Program-made: the position numbers and the translations under genes
Notes under the pieces: model-generated
The model's input: the letters and a program-made list of their open reading frames with translations, nothing else
Told to the model about the DNA's origin: nothing
Databases searched by the model: none
Shown here: piece after piece, positions 62,394 through 64,000 of the stretch
Numbering within the stretch: the first letter of the stretch is position 1
How the letters are laid out: each line of letters starts with the position of its first letter
From: Candidatus Gastranaerophilaceae bacterium
Lineage (GTDB): Bacteria > Cyanobacteriota > Vampirovibrionia > Gastranaerophilales > Gastranaerophilaceae
Assembly (NCBI GenBank): GCA_045530955.1
Contig: JAZSDA010000059.1
Location: 669 to 64,668 of the forward strand
Length of the DNA: 64,000 nucleotides
Direction: 5' to 3'

Positions 62394-64000
62394 TTATTTC
62401 TCATCGTTTTCATTATCAAGTGATTTTGGAAGTTTTGATTCTTCTAATTCTTTGATTTTCTTTTCAAAATCTTCGTCTAAAATTTTGTTAGGAATTTCGA
62501 TTTTATTTTTACCAAATTCTTCTGCAATATCTTCTTGATACTTGATTCTATTGTGTTGCATACCTCTTAGAATTCTGCTGAAAGTTATAGAAATAATTCT
62601 TAAATCGTTCAATGTAAGCGGGCTATCTGCCAATTGACCGTCATTAAGTCTTTCTACGATGATTTTATCAATGATATTTTCGATTTCATCTGCAGTTGCA
62701 CCTTTCATTGCTCTAACTGCTGATTCAACAGCATCGGCAATCATTAAAATAGCAGTTTCTTTAGAGTTTGGTTTTGGTCCTGTGTATCTGAATTGTTCTT
62801 CTTTAACGTTTTCTACGCCTTCTTCTTGAACAGCTTGGTTGTAGAAATATTTAGCAATGCCTTCGCCATGGTGTTGAAGAATGAAATCACAAATAACGTT
62901 TGGTAAACCATTCTTTCTTGCTATTTCTAAACCATCTTTAGGGTGTGCTGTGATAACCATTTTACTTAATCTTGGATTAAGTTTGTTGTGTGGGTTTTCA
63001 ATACCGAAATAAGATTGGTTTTCAACAAAGAATAGTGGTCTTTTTAATTTTCCGATATCATGGTAGAAAGCTCCAACTCTTGCTAGAATAGGGTTTGCAC
63101 CAACTGCTTCAGCTGCAGCTTCGCATAATGTTGAAACCATTAAGCTGTGGTGGTATGTTCCTGGAGCTTCCATTTGTAAGCGTTTTAGTAGTGGTTGGTT
63201 GTGATCGCCTAATTCTGCCAAACCATATGGAGTTATGATTTGGAATGCGTTTTCAAGTAGTGGAGATGCCCCAAGTACAAGAATTGAGTTCAAAATACCA
63301 CTTACGAATATATAAATACAGTTTCTTACGATGAAAGTATTACTTACATCGATTAAACATTTGTCGATAAAATATAAACTTAGCATAATCAATACGCCTG
63401 CAAGACCAAGGTTAAATCCAACCTTAATAAGGTCAAAACGTCTTGTGTAGCGAATTTTTGATATTGTAATCATTCCGATTAGTGAAAGAATTACAAAAAT
63501 AATCATAAATTGTGCATTGTATTGCATACCAACTGTCAGGATTGTTAGTAATAGTGTTGATAGTAAGAATGCAATTCTTGGGCTTAAGAATATTGCCGCA
63601 ATCATGATTACCGCTGGAATTGGTAATATATAAGGGGAAGAACCTGTTGGTAAAATAACTGCTGTCAAGCAAGTTAGAGCAACAAGCATTCCGGATAATG
63701 ACATAAATCTTGGTTCAAGATATGTTTTTTCAAAGAATTTTAAATAGCCTAAGAAAATTACCGTTACTAGTAAAACTAGGATGTAAACAGATAAGATACC
63801 TTGCCAATTTAATTCATATACGTTGTATCCCGCTTCTCTTAAAGCATCACGTTTTAATCTTGTTACAGGTTCGCCTTCAAATAGGATTTTTTCACCTTTT
63901 TGGAAAGTTACTGTATGAGGTTTTACTGCTTCTTGAGCTTTAATTTTAGCACTTTCGGTTGCAGCTTCATCTACAACAAGGTTTGGTACAATAACTTGTT
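62394..64000 (-). CDS. pgpH: 7TM-HD (HDIG) membrane phosphohydrolase, PgpH-like; 5' end lies outside the window
   Basis: 7TM block then the HD domain (HHSLMVS, YHDIGK, HHGEG, EAVESA-like ADAVESA). My translation of 63705-64000 stays open in the same frame (..QGILSVYILVLLVTVIFLGYLKFFEKTYLEPRF-MSLSG..). The gene is therefore longer than the 436-aa track ORF. Confidence 0.85.
   Translation of the reverse strand, partial: QVIVPNLVVDEAATESAKIKAQEAVKPHTVTFQKGEKILFEGEPVTRLKRDALREAGYNVYELNWQGILSVYILVLLVTVIFLGYLKFFEKTYLEPRFMSLSGMLVALTCLTAVILPTGSSPYILPIPAVIMIAAIFLSPRIAFLLSTLLLTILTVGMQYNAQFMIIFVILSLIGMITISKIRYTRRFDLIKVGFNLGLAGVLIMLSLYFIDKCLIDVSNTFIVRNCIYIFVSGILNSILVLGASPLLENAFQIITPYGLAELGDHNQPLLKRLQMEAPGTYHHSLMVSTLCEAAAEAVGANPILARVGAFYHDIGKLKRPLFFVENQSYFGIENPHNKLNPRLSKMVITAHPKDGLEIARKNGLPNVICDFILQHHGEGIAKYFYNQAVQEEGVENVKEEQFRYTGPKPNSKETAILMIADAVESAVRAMKGATADEIENIIDKIIVERLNDGQLADSPLTLNDLRIISITFSRILRGMQHNRIKYQEDIAEEFGKNKIEIPNKILDEDFEKKIKELEESKLPKSLDNENDEK

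Noticed and set aside
1-64000. CRISPR arrays, IS elements, integrases, prophage or conjugative genes
   Set aside because: Reading both strands, I saw no regularly spaced direct repeats and no transposase, integrase or recombinase-like ORF. The TrbI-like pattern in three envelope proteins is not accompanied by any other type IV secretion component.

Overview
AT-rich bacterial chromosomal segment (about one-third G+C by eye, not computed), densely coded and mostly on the minus strand. I recognised no rRNA, CRISPR array, transposase, integrase or phage gene. The backbone is housekeeping: FliA-type sigma factor, comM/yifB, murJ, a SpoIID-domain protein, cysS, ftsY, nusB, rpsA, ispH, ribE-ribBA, a gltD-like oxidoreductase, rmuC, ppiC-pepP-trmH, tRNA-Gly(UCC), radA-cinA, tsaC, mnmE, queC, kdsA, pheS, rseP, surE and dgkA-ybeY-pgpH (the last runs off the window). 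kdsA plus a triple-SLH envelope protein argue for a diderm, LPS-making organism; I cannot place the lineage from sequence alone. Lineage-specific clusters with no recognisable family sit between these genes. (1) A 1430-aa low-complexity giant protein with two orphan genes upstream. (2) A BlaI-type repressor operon that lacks a BlaR1 sensor and instead encodes a small soluble protein and a secreted serpin-like protein. (3) A GT2 membrane glycosyltransferase with a Cys-rich C-terminal domain, coupled to a secreted beta-module/glycine-zipper protein. The same module recurs in two other envelope proteins, one with three SLH domains and a Cys/Pro-rich N-terminus. (4) Two tandem-paralog orphan pairs, one carrying an in-frame hexanucleotide repeat. 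(5) A translationally coupled HEAT-queC-unknown-SPOR operon. Two non-coding loci stand out. One is a ~190-nt ORF-free structured unit after tRNA-Gly, bounded by a duplicated tRNA 3' end and terminator, with two hairpins showing the same 11-nt loop. The other lies in a 760-nt intergenic region: a 49-codon ORF whose stop codon is buried in a ~100-nt multi-helix structure followed by a terminator. Several ORF-track starts use TTG/GTG extensions; I moved them to downstream ATG codons with Shine-Dalgarno support where noted. All family assignments come from motif recognition by eye, with no database search.
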